64,000 nt of DNA, from contig NC_068986.1 of the NCBI RefSeq assembly GCF_001194135.2, forward strand, positions 70,609,288-70,673,287, read 5' to 3'. Under the pieces are notes generated by a model. That model saw nothing but the letters and a program-made list of their open reading frames with translations. It ran no database searches and had not been told where the DNA came from. Numbering within the stretch: the first letter of the stretch is position 1; each line of letters opens with the position of its first letter. This document shows positions 62,690-64,000 of this stretch, one piece after another. The stretch comes from Octopus bimaculoides (taxonomy: Eukaryota). The position numbers and the translations under genes are program-made.

Positions 62690-64000
62690 GTGATTGAGAT
62701 AGAGTATGGAGTGGAATCATTAAACTTAGAGTAGCTTTAATTAATGTCACAGCAACATTTATCTCTGCATATGCTCTACAATCTGAATTGGAAAATGGAC
62801 AGAAGGACCAATCCCATGAAACCCTCTTGCAGACTACCTTGATGATGAATATCATGATTGGAAGCATGGAGGTTAGTTCAAGGAATGAAGAGAGAACAAG
62901 GTTGCTGGAGTGCTGAAACACTAATGATTTCATAATTTGCAAAACTTTAGAAAACCATCTAGCTACCTGATGACCTATCAATCTGGTGAACACACAAGCT
63001 AGAGAGACTTCATACTCTCTAGAAAATAAGATAGACAAATAAATGTAAATGTTAAGTCTTTCTTAACACAGGTCAGTGGTTAGTGACTTCAAATTTAGAG
63101 CTAAACAAATTCAGAGACACAAATCAGTTTGGCAAAAAGTATGGAAACTTAAAGTTCCATTGAACAGTTAGGAATTTAAAAAAAGTACTAATTGAAATAT
63201 TTGATAATAGGAAGAAAGAAATAAAAGACTTGAGCATAGAAGACAACTAGCATTTCCTACAGTATGACCTGTTGAGGGTTACAGACTAAGCTTGTAGCTG
63301 GTACAAGGTTCCTAAAAGACTGAAGGTAACATGGTAGTAGAACAATGGGACAAACAAAGCTACAATAGCAAAGAGACAGACTTAGAAAGGCATGAAGAAA
63401 AGCAGCAGGGAACTATAGCAGGTAGCTAGAAGAGAAACTAGGCAACAGGTATACATAACAATGCGAAAAACAGAATATAAGAGGTTTGCCAATGTTTAAC
63501 AGAATGAGGATCATAGGTGTGAAGCATTTTGGATTGCATGGCAGTGTACCAGAGAAAATCAAAACATTGTGGGTGAGAAGTGGGTACCAAATGCTATTTA
63601 AAAAAAGGCTACTAAATGTGAAGAATGCATGAGAGAAACAATGTCTTCCCAGCATAGACCCAAGAGACAGCAGTGTGAGAAAAAAAATGGAAGGATATGA
63701 AGTTGGTCCATCAGGAACTATTGCTGAAATACTCAAAATATCTGGCAGAGTAGTGCTAAAGAATGCATGAGAAAAACAATGTCTTCCCAGCATAGAGCCA
63801 AGAGAGGAACCAACAATTCTAATAGACAGCAGTGAGAAAAAAATGGAAGAGTATGAAGTTGGTCCATCAGGAATTACTGCTGAAATACTCAAAATATCTG
63901 GCAGAGTAGTGCCCTATACAGTTAATCAGATTGTGCAGGAAGGTGTCTTACCTAATGACTGGCACAGTAGCATCATATTCAGCTGTTACAAGGATAAAGG
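62690..64000 (+). mobile_element. Decayed RTE LINE (endonuclease to RT start) running off the window
   Basis: Homologous to 48230-49260 (for example GPSGITAEILKISG...VLPNDWHSSIIFSCYKDK). Confidence 0.8.

Noticed and set aside
63413-63892. 159-aa minus-strand ORF
   Set aside because: Antisense reading of a duplicated RTE segment.

Overview
AT-rich, repeat-dense eukaryotic genomic DNA with two small N gaps. The SINE, RTE and microsatellite content suggests a coleoid cephalopod, probably Octopus; this is inferred from recognised repeat families, not a database search. Two convergent multi-exon genes can be rebuilt by hand, and the ORF track misses most of their exons. (1) On the + strand, the last 7 coding exons (6003-23636, 307 aa) of a divergent actin-fold protein. 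Its frame and actin alignment stay intact only if the intron starting at 9361 uses a non-canonical GA donor (GATG|GAAAGT). (2) On the - strand, an SR splicing factor with RRM, CCHC zinc knuckle and RS domain (SRSF7/9G8-like architecture), spanning at least 53932 to 24584; its first RRM exon(s) were not found in the window. It has a 12-nt microexon in the RRM, a candidate second in-frame 24-nt microexon, and a 17.6-kb intron with a roughly 6.8-kb SINE-free zone holding several stop-bearing cassette-exon candidates. Its introns also carry a 377-bp near-perfect hairpin and a foldback element with a TTAGGG/TTTTAGGG core. The rest is decayed mobile DNA: mariner, maT, RTE, CR1-like, HERO-like, Penelope-like, Helentron-type and Gypsy fragments, plus many SINEs. 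No CRISPR array, rRNA or intact tRNA gene was seen. The strongest leads are the GA-AG intron and the inferred splicing-regulation architecture of the SR gene; neither is proven from sequence alone.
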